From Candidatus Cloacimonadales bacterium (GTDB taxonomy: Bacteria > Cloacimonadota > Cloacimonadia > Cloacimonadales > JAIOQZ01), in NCBI GenBank assembly GCA_963662655.2, contig CAXXTU010000002.1, positions 1,408,001 through 1,472,000 of the forward strand: a stretch of DNA of 64,000 nt, given 5' to 3'. A program made the translations under genes and the position numbers. Under the pieces are notes generated by a model that saw only the letters and a list, made by a program, of their open reading frames with translations, made no database searches and had not been told where the DNA came from. This document shows, in pieces, positions 41,044-50,481 of this stretch (position 1 is the stretch's first letter; every line of letters begins with the position of its first letter).

Positions 41044-41496
41044 ATGACCTTTTCCAGAACACGTTCGGAAACGTTCGGCAAGGCTGCCGAAGGCCTGAGC
41101 CTGACCGAGAAAGAGAAGAAGAAGCTGAATATTGATCTGATCATTAAAATTATCGACCGCATGGAAGCGCTGTCCGCTGAATGCGAAGACTGCCGGCAGC
41201 TTCTTCCCGTAATCGAGCAGTTGACGATCGAGCTGTCGCTGGTGACCTCTGATAAGGATAGACGGAAATCGTTCAAGAAAGGAGCGAGAAAACTGGAAGA
41301 GCATCTGGTGAACAAACACAAGATCGTTCGTAAAGGGCATTATCCGGGAGTGTTCATGGCGATCGGCGTTGCGCTGGGCGTTTCATTCATGACGGCGCTG
41401 GATTCACCGGCATTTTTAGCTGTCGGAATTGCCATTGGCGTTGCTTTGGGAGGTGGCGCGGAGAAAAAAGCGGAAAAGGAAGGACGCATCCTCTAA
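41044..41496 (+). CDS. Hypothetical membrane protein (soluble N-terminus plus 2 Gly-rich TM)
   Basis: AAGGAG RBS; GxxxG-rich C-terminal helices. Confidence 0.7.
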   Translation: MTFSRTRSETFGKAAEGLSLTEKEKKKLNIDLIIKIIDRMEALSAECEDCRQLLPVIEQLTIELSLVTSDKDRRKSFKKGARKLEEHLVNKHKIVRKGHYPGVFMAIGVALGVSFMTALDSPAFLAVGIAIGVALGGGAEKKAEKEGRIL

Positions 41497-41497
41497 T

Positions 41498-41803
41498 TTA
41501 ATCCAGGTCCTCGATGAACAGATCGTCCTCCGGTGTTTCGAGAATCGATGGCGGCTTGGACATGAGCGATTCCCCGCTTTCGGGATCAGTCAGACCTTCA
41601 TCGGGCCGCTTGAAGAGCTTGAAGTTCTCGAAGAGCACCGACATCAGTATCAGCGTGAAAAGCACGGAGCCAACCGCCGTGAAGATATAGGAGAGGATGG
41701 AGTTATACTGGAAGGCGTCGGAAATCTGCAGCAGGATCGCCCCATCACCGAACATGATGTTGAGGATCATCAACGCAAGCAGAAGCAATACGATCAGTTT
41801 CAT
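41498..41803 (-). CDS. Hypothetical small membrane protein with acidic tail
   Basis: Two hydrophobic segments, AAGGA RBS, fills the gap between convergent genes. Confidence 0.6.
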   Translation of the reverse strand: MKLIVLLLLALMILNIMFGDGAILLQISDAFQYNSILSYIFTAVGSVLFTLILMSVLFENFKLFKRPDEGLTDPESGESLMSKPPSILETPEDDLFIEDLD

Positions 41804-41894
41804 CCCAAAATCCTTCCAATGTATTTCGTATCATGCGAATGGCGCGCCACAAACATGAATACTGTTTCTATATCGACAGCCGAACAGGTGAAGT

Positions 41895-43028
41895 TTAACG
41901 AAATTCCGGTGTAAGGTGCGGAATTACGATAAAAAATTCAGTTCCGCTATCTTCGGAAGAGGTAAAGCCGACTTTTCCGGCGAGATATCTTTCCGTAAGA
42001 AGCTTGATGCTATACGTGCCAAACCCGCGCCCGGACTCCTTCGTCGAAAAGGATGGCTGAAAGAGCTGATAGCGTACATTCTCTGGAATCACTTCGGGAT
42101 TGTACACGCTGATGCGTGTCTTGTCCTCGACATCTTTACAACCTATTTTCACAAGCCCGTTCCCGGCTTCCAGCGCGTTTTTCACCATATTGAACATCAC
42201 GCGAACCAATAGCGTCTTATCCGTATAGATGGCAACATCTTCAAAATCGGGCTCGATCATGATCACGCGCTTGTTGAAACGCTGGTAGTTGCGAATGTGC
42301 TTGAGAACCTCGTCGATGAGGCTTTTCGCGTTGAATTTATAAGGCTCCACTTCCAGTTCATCCTGCTCCGCAAGCACGAGCTGGCGCTGAATCTGTATCT
42401 CTTCGATCAATCGTTTGGCTGTAAGTGGTAGAGCGTCTTTTATCTCTTGAAAATAAGGTGTATTCTCATCTTCATCGAAAACCAGATCGATGCCTGATGA
42501 GACCGCGTATGCGGTGTTGAGGACGTCATGGAAGAATATCCTCTCCAGCGCCGTTCTTCTCACCTTCGAGCTATTATCTTCCACACTAAGAATGTTGAGA
42601 TTATATCCATTCACTTCCAGCTTGGAAGAGGTTATCTTCAGGTTGAGCGCGTCGTCGATATCCCCCTTGCGTACCAGGAGCCTGCAATCCTGCGTCGTCG
42701 CAACACCACCGATGCTCGAAACAAGCGTCTTCATCGCTCCGCAATACCGGCAGTACTTCGTCGAACCGCAGTTCATCTGCTCGTTGATGACATGCTGGCA
42801 ACCGAACAGCTCGCCGAAATATTTACCAATGACCCTTTCGCGATCCTTTAAATCGATTTGATCGAGCAAAGCTTGATTCGCATACACAACCAAACGATCC
42901 TGATCGATGATCACAACGGGGATCGGCATCGCGTCGAGTGATACGCACAGAATTTCGTTGGAACAAATCGCCCGGTATTTCTCCATGATTTCGGTTCCTT
43001 CCGTTTGCTCTTTTTCAACTGTTTGCAC
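41895..43028 (-). CDS. Cytoplasmic PAS-domain sensor histidine kinase
   Basis: PAS-like N-terminus with Cys cluster; FFHDVLN H-box, NMVKNALEA, FSTK, GRGFG. Confidence 0.88.
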   Translation of the reverse strand: MQTVEKEQTEGTEIMEKYRAICSNEILCVSLDAMPIPVVIIDQDRLVVYANQALLDQIDLKDRERVIGKYFGELFGCQHVINEQMNCGSTKYCRYCGAMKTLVSSIGGVATTQDCRLLVRKGDIDDALNLKITSSKLEVNGYNLNILSVEDNSSKVRRTALERIFFHDVLNTAYAVSSGIDLVFDEDENTPYFQEIKDALPLTAKRLIEEIQIQRQLVLAEQDELEVEPYKFNAKSLIDEVLKHIRNYQRFNKRVIMIEPDFEDVAIYTDKTLLVRVMFNMVKNALEAGNGLVKIGCKDVEDKTRISVYNPEVIPENVRYQLFQPSFSTKESGRGFGTYSIKLLTERYLAGKVGFTSSEDSGTEFFIVIPHLTPEFR

Positions 43029-43040
43029 TGAGTGGCTCCA

Positions 43041-44027
43041 TTATTCCTTTATCTCGGCGATCAGCTTTTGGATCACGTCGCGAGCTCGTAAGCCTTCAGC
43101 CTCTGCGGTGAAAGAGATTACCATACGGTGCTGTAGAACGATCTCCGCTACGCGAATCACATCCTCAACCGACGGAGAGGGGCGGTTCTGCAAGGCTGCC
43201 CTTGTTTTGGCAGCCAGAATCAGGTACTGCGAAGCGCGAGGCCCAGCACCCCAATTGACCCATCTCTGAATGAATTCGGGGGCGTCCTCCGACTTCGGTC
43301 GGGTAGCGCGAGCCAACCGCACAGCGAAATTCAGGACGTGGTCGCTTACCGGCAGAATGCGGACGGCTTTCTGAATCTCGCGAATCTCCGCACCGTTCAT
43401 CACCGGCTTAACTTCTTTCATCTCGATCGAAGTTGTCGATCGAACGATCTCTTTCTCTTCCTCGAGGCTTGGATAATCGATGTTGATATTGAACATGAAA
43501 CGGTCCAACTGCGCCTCGGGAAGCGGGTAGGTTCCTTCCTGCTCGATGGGATTCTGGGTTGCCAGAACCAGAAACGGTTTCTCCAGCGCGAACGTCTGGT
43601 TTCCGGCCGTCACCTGATACTCCTGCATCGCCTGGAGGAGGGCTGCCTGCGTTTTGGGCGGCGTACGGTTGATTTCATCGGCCAGAATGATGTTCGCGAA
43701 AATCGGTCCCTTTATATATTCGAAATATCGCTTGCCGTCCGCTTTGTTTTCCGCGAGAATATCCGTTCCCGTGATATCGGAAGGCATCAAATCCGGCGTA
43801 AACTGGATGCGGTTGAACTTCAGATCGAGAATCCTTGCCAGCGTTGAGACCATCAGGGTCTTCGCCAGTCCCGGAACGCCCTCGATGAGACAGTGACCAC
43901 CCGCAAACAGGGCAATGAGTATTTCCTCGACAATGCGCTGCTGACCGACGATGACTTCGCCGATTTCGTTTTCTACTTTCTTTCGGGCATCCGCGAGCTT
44001 TTCCAACAACTTCACATGATTATCCAT
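43041..44027 (-). CDS. MoxR family AAA+ ATPase
   Basis: EGVPGLAKT, RIQFTPDLMPSD, ADEINR, ATQNPIEQEGTYPLPEAQLDRF. Confidence 0.95.
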   Translation of the reverse strand: MDNHVKLLEKLADARKKVENEIGEVIVGQQRIVEEILIALFAGGHCLIEGVPGLAKTLMVSTLARILDLKFNRIQFTPDLMPSDITGTDILAENKADGKRYFEYIKGPIFANIILADEINRTPPKTQAALLQAMQEYQVTAGNQTFALEKPFLVLATQNPIEQEGTYPLPEAQLDRFMFNINIDYPSLEEEKEIVRSTTSIEMKEVKPVMNGAEIREIQKAVRILPVSDHVLNFAVRLARATRPKSEDAPEFIQRWVNWGAGPRASQYLILAAKTRAALQNRPSPSVEDVIRVAEIVLQHRMVISFTAEAEGLRARDVIQKLIAEIKE

Positions 44028-44158
44028 AATAAAATTATACCTTTCCTTTGCGCTAGCCGCAACTAATAAAATTTTCCGATTGAAATGCCGTTATTCCGAT
44101 CGATGAGAAATCGGAAAATCTTTCAGGAGAACAATTTCTACCACTATTGAAGCACATG

Positions 44159-45019
44159 CTATTGACGTTTCAAAGTGGAAACTGTATGATTATCTTTCAA
44201 ATATAAAACATATCGGTGGTGCGCCCAGAAGCGTTTGACAATCCACGGAGCCAAACGTTCGAACCAGGCGTACCGAAGCATTTTCTCTTCAAACAAGGGA
44301 TCCTTTCCCGAGAAAAAATCGAGAATAGTAATCGGTTCCGGTTTCTCTTCCTTCACCAGGAAGCCAAGCCCGAACTTCTGCAGAAACTTCGCCTTGGGCA
44401 TCCCGATATCGGGCCAGGGTGGGCAATCGATGAAATTCCTGTCAACCGGCGTCCATCCAAGCTTTTTCATAATGGGATCGAACGTCCGGGGCTTGATGTG
44501 ATCTTCCTTCAGATAACGCTTCAGGTCGTCCTTGCCGCCGTACTTCTGGCTCAGGTATCCCACGCCCCAGCGATTGGGTACGCACAGCATGACAGCCTTG
44601 GCCGTCACGCGAGAAATTTCGGCCAAGAACGCTTCTATATCCTCAACGAACCAAAGGGCGGAGAAGTTCCATGAAACATCGAATGCGCCATCCTCGAAAG
44701 GGAGTTTTGAATAATGCATCGTCTCGCAGACCTCAACATCGAGATCGAGATTCTTCCATACTCCGCGAATAAGTTCCGCGCGCTCGGAATCGTGATCCAC
44801 GATCGTGATGTCGAATCCGGCTCTGGCAAGCGCCATGCTGTTGATCCCCGAGGTTCCGGTAAATCCGAACGAAGGCGCTTCGAGCACCCGTTTCGCGCGG
44901 ACATTCCGGCAGATGCTCTCGATCTTGTGATTGAGAATCACGCGCTCATAGGAAGAGCCCAGGCCTTCATCGGGATCGGTGAAATATTTTTTCCAGAGAT
45001 GCAGAATGGGGATTGCCAT
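44159..45019 (-). CDS. Class I SAM-dependent methyltransferase-like protein
   Basis: VLEAPSFG...VDHD...LPFEDGAFDV. Confidence 0.75.
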   Translation of the reverse strand: MAIPILHLWKKYFTDPDEGLGSSYERVILNHKIESICRNVRAKRVLEAPSFGFTGTSGINSMALARAGFDITIVDHDSERAELIRGVWKNLDLDVEVCETMHYSKLPFEDGAFDVSWNFSALWFVEDIEAFLAEISRVTAKAVMLCVPNRWGVGYLSQKYGGKDDLKRYLKEDHIKPRTFDPIMKKLGWTPVDRNFIDCPPWPDIGMPKAKFLQKFGLGFLVKEEKPEPITILDFFSGKDPLFEEKMLRYAWFERLAPWIVKRFWAHHRYVLYLKDNHTVSTLKRQ

Positions 45020-45021
45020 GA

Positions 45022-45999
45022 TCAGCCTTTCTTGTAAAATTCGATAACGCTTTTAATCCCAACCAGCGTCTTGGCGTGCTTCACGTTGAATACCTGAAAA
45101 GTCCTTTCCACATCGTAGAACCATGAGCACGAGATCAGGCGAAAACGCGCAAGCCAGAGATCGCTTTTAAACAACAGTGCAATCCGCTCGCCCAGCTCAA
45201 ACCACCTCTTCGAGATCAGGCGATTTCTCGGGTACGGCTTCCCGTGCAGCCGCTCGCTGATCTCGTCCACAAGCTCCAGCAACGAGACAGGATGGCGATC
45301 GGCCACGATGAAGGCGGATCCGGGGGTCATTTCCGTATCCAGGGTCTTGACGAACACGTCTGCCAGGACGTTCACGTCCGTCAGGTGAATACGCACGCTG
45401 CGCTTGGGCAGGAAGAGAAGCTTCTTGTCCACCAGCTTTGTGAGCGTGTATGGAAAACCGTAGTCGCCCGGGCCATAGGTGATGGAGGGGCGGACGATAT
45501 AGCCGTCCAGACCTTCGAGAGCCATTTTCTGAACGAGCGCTTCCGCCTCGATTTTCGTATAGTGGTAGTACCCGTCGTTTTGCCTTTCGGTCTGATCGTT
45601 GGCAGGCAATTCGTTGGGAATCGCGCCGAAAACGCCGACCGACGAGCAGAAAACGAAGCGAGCTTTGGTTCGAAAAGCCGCGTCGATCAACTGCTCGGTT
45701 GCCAGGACGTTGGCAGCGTAATATTTCTTCTTGGGGAAATTTCTGCCTCCGCGAATGGCCCCGATATGCAGAATCGCGTCGAATGTACTATCCTGAAGGA
45801 ACTTCTTCAGCGCCGGGATATCGGAAAGGTCGATTTCGACGATCTCCATGTGCCCTTTCAAAGCTTCCAGACGCTTCGCCGATGTTCCGGGCCTGACGAT
45901 CCCGACAAGATCGAGCTTGCGGGGAAACAGCCTGGTGGCAACCTGTCGTCCGACAAAGCCGGTTGCGCCGGTTATCAAAACACGATTTATCTTTTCCAT
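45022..45999 (-). CDS. NAD-dependent epimerase/dehydratase (extended SDR)
   Basis: TGATGFVG, SS, YHYTK, RPSITYGPGD. Confidence 0.9.
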   Translation of the reverse strand: MEKINRVLITGATGFVGRQVATRLFPRKLDLVGIVRPGTSAKRLEALKGHMEIVEIDLSDIPALKKFLQDSTFDAILHIGAIRGGRNFPKKKYYAANVLATEQLIDAAFRTKARFVFCSSVGVFGAIPNELPANDQTERQNDGYYHYTKIEAEALVQKMALEGLDGYIVRPSITYGPGDYGFPYTLTKLVDKKLLFLPKRSVRIHLTDVNVLADVFVKTLDTEMTPGSAFIVADRHPVSLLELVDEISERLHGKPYPRNRLISKRWFELGERIALLFKSDLWLARFRLISCSWFYDVERTFQVFNVKHAKTLVGIKSVIEFYKKG

Positions 46000-46790
46000 A
46001 AGAAATCCAGCATTTTCTTGAATGAGCTTCGGTTGTCGTCCTCGTTGATCTCGGCAGTGCTCAGGTAGAAGTAATCGATCTCCTCGTTGTTGAGCATCTT
46101 GCGAGGATTGATCCTGGTCAGAAGCTCCGCGGTGTATTCATCGTAGCGTTCCGTGATCAACTCGACAGCCTGCTGCATGGAGTTCGTTTCCGACCGACCG
46201 TGATGATCGGAAGCCAAGAAATGGGCGTAACCCTGTTCAATCAGCGCCCACGCAGTACGCTCGACGTTGTTTCCGTATCCGCCCAGCAAACTTCCGGCGT
46301 TGATTTGCATGTAAACGTTCCGGTAGAGGAGGTCTTCCGCCATGGGGATGTTATTCTGTATATTCATGTAGCGCTCGGGATGCGCGAGAATCGGCTTGTA
46401 GCCGTTGCGGACGAGGTCGTATAGCGCTTGAATGAAAAACTGCGGGAATCCGTTCATGCTGGACTCGACCAGCACGTATTTCGTGTCGCCCATCAGGAGG
46501 CGATCTTCTTTGATCTCTTTCAGGATATCGCTCTCCAGCATAATTTCGGAGCCCAGGTGAAACTGCATTTCGATGCCTGCGTCATTGACGGCTTTCTTGA
46601 GCTCGGGAAGGAGCGCTTCCAGTTTCGAGCGGGGATTTACATAGCTTCCACGCATGTAGTGCGGTGTGAGAACAATCTCGGTAATTCCTGCATCGGCAGC
46701 CGCTTTCACTGCCGCCACGGATACTTCGAGATCGGGAGAACCATCGTCGATACCCGGAGCGATATGGGTATGGATATCAATCATCGCCAA
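45987..46790 (-). CDS. CpsB/YwqE-type PHP tyrosine phosphatase
   Basis: DIHTH...DDG, TPH, AHPERY, ASDHH. Confidence 0.9.
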   Translation of the reverse strand: MAMIDIHTHIAPGIDDGSPDLEVSVAAVKAAADAGITEIVLTPHYMRGSYVNPRSKLEALLPELKKAVNDAGIEMQFHLGSEIMLESDILKEIKEDRLLMGDTKYVLVESSMNGFPQFFIQALYDLVRNGYKPILAHPERYMNIQNNIPMAEDLLYRNVYMQINAGSLLGGYGNNVERTAWALIEQGYAHFLASDHHGRSETNSMQQAVELITERYDEYTAELLTRINPRKMLNNEEIDYFYLSTAEINEDDNRSSFKKMLDFLWKR

Positions 46791-47533
46791 ACACCATGGA
46801 TCGCGTCGGCGAATTCGCGCACCAGGCTCATATCTTTGCGATCCTCGATGACCGTTCCCGTCACGATATAATCTGCGCCTGCCTCGGCGAGCTTGATCGC
46901 TGTTTGCGGGTCTCTGATTCCGCCACCGATGATGATCGGCAGTTCCACCGCTTCCCTGACGGCCTTGATCATGTCCGCCTCGATCGGCTGCTGCGCGCCG
47001 CTACCTGCGTCCATGTATATGACCTTCATCCCGAGATACTGCGCCGCTAGCGCATGCGCTACCGCGATATCCGGTTTGCTTCTTGGAATTGGTATGCTAT
47101 GACTCATGTACTGCACGGAGGTTAGCTTGCCCGATTCGATCACCATGTATCCTGTTCCGATCACTTCCAGGTTGCACGAGCGGATCAGCGGCGCTGCCCG
47201 GACTTGCTCTCCGATCAGCATCTGTGGATTTCTGCTCGATATCATGCTCAGGAGCAAGAGCGCGTCGGCGTGCTTCGATACGAAATTGAAGATCCCCGGG
47301 AATATCAGAACGGGGATATCGACCGCCCGTCGGATTTTCTTCAGCGACTCCTCGAAATTGTCGTGGATCATCAGGCTGCCGCCCACTAGAAGTGCGTCCG
47401 CGCCGCTTTCAGCGCAGTTTACCGCAAGCTCGACCGTCTGTTTCACGTCGAATCGATCGGGGTCGATCAGGCAGAAGTATCCTGCGCGTTCCTGTGAATG
47501 CTTTACCAGTCTGTTATATATTTTCTTCTTCAC
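46781..47533 (-). CDS. Geranylgeranylglyceryl/heptaprenylglyceryl phosphate synthase (group II-like)
   Basis: LIDPD, LVGGS, FPG, SSRNP..LIG.Q, GYMVIESG, YMDAGSGA, GGGIR. Confidence 0.9.
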   Translation of the reverse strand: MKKKIYNRLVKHSQERAGYFCLIDPDRFDVKQTVELAVNCAESGADALLVGGSLMIHDNFEESLKKIRRAVDIPVLIFPGIFNFVSKHADALLLLSMISSRNPQMLIGEQVRAAPLIRSCNLEVIGTGYMVIESGKLTSVQYMSHSIPIPRSKPDIAVAHALAAQYLGMKVIYMDAGSGAQQPIEADMIKAVREAVELPIIIGGGIRDPQTAIKLAEAGADYIVTGTVIEDRKDMSLVREFADAIHGVWR

Positions 47534-47707
47534 ATCTGTCTCCTGTGAGTACTACGTACATCATTTCCATTAATAACCTTATATGTCCATATCCCGTTTC
47601 AGGGTTTGTTTGTCAATCTACTTCTGCTGCAATCTACTATTTAGCTTTGCACTCAGAGACTTCCGGCACCAAACGAGCAGCAATCCCCGAGATGTAAGCC
47701 CGAACCA

Positions 47708-47829
47708 GCGGCGGGGCGGCGTGTGCGCTCCGCGCACTTACCCATTTGGAAACAGCTTCCGATCCGGAATCTGTTTTCAAATGGGCAGAAGCCTCGCCGA
47801 AGGCGATGGCTTCAACGCCGCCCCGCCGC
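47708..47829 (+). repeat. Structured four-way-junction palindromic element, copy A (possible ncRNA or ssDNA element)
   Basis: Perfect 15-bp closing inverted repeat enclosing three hairpins; homologous to 53028-53193 in reverse orientation. Confidence 0.75.
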
Positions 47830-47914
47830 GGCAAGCGCGTAAACCAACGCTGGATAAGCGGGGTCGTGGAGCCACCGTCATCCCGGGTGAACACCTGGTC
47901 ATTGAAGAAACGCA

Positions 47915-47944
47915 TTGACACCCAGACCGCACTCCGTGTAGTTT
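47915..47944 (+). promoter_or_regulatory. Putative sigma70 promoter of rsmA
   Basis: TTGACA-N18-TAGTTT, 18 nt before the ATG. Confidence 0.4.
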
Positions 47945-47962
47945 TCATTCTGGGTAAATGAA

Positions 47963-48738
47963 ATGATACCAAAAAAGAAATGGGGCCAGAACTTCCTCAA
48001 CGATCCGAACATCGCGCGCAAGATCGCGGCGATGGCGGAGCTCGATCCTGCAGATCATGTGTGGGAGATCGGGCCGGGCAAAGGCATACTGACGCAGGCG
48101 ATTCTTTCGCATTGCGAGAATCTGACAGCATTCGAGATCGATCCTGAGTTGCAGGAGTACCTGCCGGGCATCTTCTCCGGGCATGAGCAATTCCGGATTG
48201 TCGCTGGGGATATCCTGCGGGTCGATTGGACGCAATACTTGCATCCGCAGACGGTTGTGATATCCAATCTCCCCTACCAGATCACATCACCGTTTTTGTT
48301 CCGTCTGGCAGAGCATTATACGCAAGTCAAGCGATCCGTCCTCATGATCCAGAAAGAGGTCGCAGACCGCATCGTCGCGAAGCCGAACACGAAGGAATAT
48401 GGGATTCTCAGCGTAAAATTGAACCTCGTTTTTACCATTGAGCGGTTGTTCAACGTCGAACCGCATCTCTTCTACCCGCCGCCCAAGGTACGCTCCAGCG
48501 TTATCAGGCTCCGACCACGCCACGACGCGCCGGTTATTGACGATATGGCCCTCATGTACCGCTTGATCGATACCTGCTTCCACTCGCGCAGAAAAACGCT
48601 GCGCAACAACCTGAAAAACATGGTCAGCGATGAGATGCTCCCCTGATCGAAGAAACCACAGACCTTTCCCGAAGAGGAGAATCGCTTGCAGAAGAAGATT
48701 TTATACGTCTGTATCGCGTTATTGCCGATAATCGGTAG
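47963..48738 (+). CDS. rsmA: 16S rRNA dimethyltransferase RsmA/KsgA, frameshifted at about 48640 (sequencing error or pseudogene)
   Basis: GQNFL, EIGPGKG, NLPYQI, MIQKEVA, PPPKVRS; after TGA 48644-48646 another frame reads LIEETTDLSRRGESLAEEDFIRLYRVIADNR* (KsgA C-terminus). Confidence 0.9.
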
Positions 48739-50455
48739 CCTCTTCTCTTCGGAAATCGAATTCAACACCCAAGCCGAAAGCTATCGCAAGACCTTCGAGT
48801 GGTCCAACGCGCTGAGCTACAGATACAATTTTCTCAACAATTGGCAAACATACTACCAGGGAGAATTCCAGTCGGAAAACGACGACACCTTCGATCGCGA
48901 TAACTCGATGGCGCTTTTTACCTGGGGCGTGACAAGAAACGCAGGCTGGCTCAGACCCTCGATCCTGTTCGACAGCCGCCTCTCCAAAGAGGAAGGATCG
49001 CTTGAGGCCGGAGACTACAGACTGGAAGAAAATCGCTACGGAGCAGGACTCATGCTGGGCGTTTACCCAATCGAGTCCATTGCCCTGTCCAGCAAGCTCC
49101 GCTACTTGAAACTGGAGGAAGAGTACAACCAGTACGGCGACAAGCTCGACGAGAACAACGACGGTTACGAAAGCGACAACTTACTGTCCTTCGCCCAGGA
49201 TTTTGGCTGGCACAATTTCCAGCTCGATTCCCACTACCGGCTCAATCAGGTGACCAATGACGAGGATCGAAATTACTCCCTGAACACCCGATGGGACATG
49301 ACGCTCCCCAATCAATCCCTGACCGCACAGGTCAGCTGGGACGGCGTCCAGGACGAAATCAACAAGCTCTCGTCGACAACCGATACACAGAAGAGAGATA
49401 TTTTCTCCGGGGACGTCGACTACCGGTTCTCGATATTCTCCATCGAACAGATTAAACTCGGCACGGATTACAGGCAGGTGAAAAATCGTTTCGACCAGAT
49501 TACAACGAAGAATTACGATGAGACCAACAAGTCCTTGCGCCTGGGATTCACATACCCTATGAGCCGTTTCAGATTCGAGATCAACTCGATGCGGGAGCTC
49601 AACGAAAAGGATTACCAGTCGGGAATCAATACACTGGACACCGATTACCGCGAATTCGAAGCCACGATTCACTATTCGATCACGGAACGGGACTCCATGG
49701 TCTTCTATCGCTCCATTAACCTGCGACAGACCGATGCGCCAAAGGCGAGTATACGTACAGACAACGACCGGCTTCAGGAGCGCATGAATATAGGTATGTA
49801 CTATTATCTCTACGATCGCGTTCACACATCGACCCTGTTCTACGTCCTGCGTACGGAACAGGTTTACCTTTACCGCGAAATGTCGGGAAACAATCGCGTT
49901 ACCACCAGCTACAACCTGCAACCGGAGATATCCATCGCATACGGCAACCGGTTCCAGGTCAGACAGTTCTACGCCATCCGGGCCGATTACGAGGATTATG
50001 AGTGGTCGGAGCTCCATACAGACCATTTCTATCGTCGCCTGGAAGCCGGCGTACAATTCATTTACGATGAATCCCCTGACATGCAAGTAGCATCCGAGAA
50101 CAAATGGGGACATCTCCACTTGAATCGAACGGTTGAGCATCCATTCACAGCAATCCTGGGATACGAATACGAGAACTCCGCTTCCGGAGACAAGGAAGAC
50201 GATTACTACAACATCACGCTCGAACGTGAGAATCACGAGATATCCCTCGAAATGATCGAGACGTGGGACTTCTTCTCGCTACGATCATTATCGATCATAT
50301 CCTGGTCGACTTTTACCGAAATCCAGCAACGTATCGAGCTTGACTTCTTCCTTTCGGACTTTTCTTACGCCTCCTTCAGTATCCATCCAGTATCAAGGGA
50401 TTTCGAGGAACCTGAATGGAAATTAAACTTTGACATCTCCATGGCATTACAGTAA
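48686..50455 (+). CDS. Hypothetical secreted protein, probable outer-membrane beta-barrel
   Basis: Signal peptide; alternating aromatic/polar beta-strand pattern throughout. Confidence 0.65.
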   Translation: MQKKILYVCIALLPIIGSLFSSEIEFNTQAESYRKTFEWSNALSYRYNFLNNWQTYYQGEFQSENDDTFDRDNSMALFTWGVTRNAGWLRPSILFDSRLSKEEGSLEAGDYRLEENRYGAGLMLGVYPIESIALSSKLRYLKLEEEYNQYGDKLDENNDGYESDNLLSFAQDFGWHNFQLDSHYRLNQVTNDEDRNYSLNTRWDMTLPNQSLTAQVSWDGVQDEINKLSSTTDTQKRDIFSGDVDYRFSIFSIEQIKLGTDYRQVKNRFDQITTKNYDETNKSLRLGFTYPMSRFRFEINSMRELNEKDYQSGINTLDTDYREFEATIHYSITERDSMVFYRSINLRQTDAPKASIRTDNDRLQERMNIGMYYYLYDRVHTSTLFYVLRTEQVYLYREMSGNNRVTTSYNLQPEISIAYGNRFQVRQFYAIRADYEDYEWSELHTDHFYRRLEAGVQFIYDESPDMQVASENKWGHLHLNRTVEHPFTAILGYEYENSASGDKEDDYYNITLERENHEISLEMIETWDFFSLRSLSIISWSTFTEIQQRIELDFFLSDFSYASFSIHPVSRDFEEPEWKLNFDISMALQ

Positions 50456-50481
50456 TTTCACTAATATAGACGGAGTGAAAA

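Noticed and set aside
44071..44119. 11-bp inverted repeat ATTTTCCGATT/AATCGGAAAAT upstream of moxR
   Set aside because: Real but AT-rich with a 27-nt spacer; cannot tell operator, terminator or chance
47640..47900. Element A or B as RNase P, tmRNA, SRP, 6S, a riboswitch or an integron attC
   Set aside because: I could not find the signature motifs (e.g. GAGGAAAGTCC, tRNA-like ends, attC RYYYAAC/GTTRRRY ends), and two diverged copies argue against a single-copy housekeeping RNA; not checked against Rfam
47583..47972. Small ORFs over element A, and likewise those at 52840-53333 over element B
   Set aside because: No RBS or motifs; open frames arise from GC-rich palindromes
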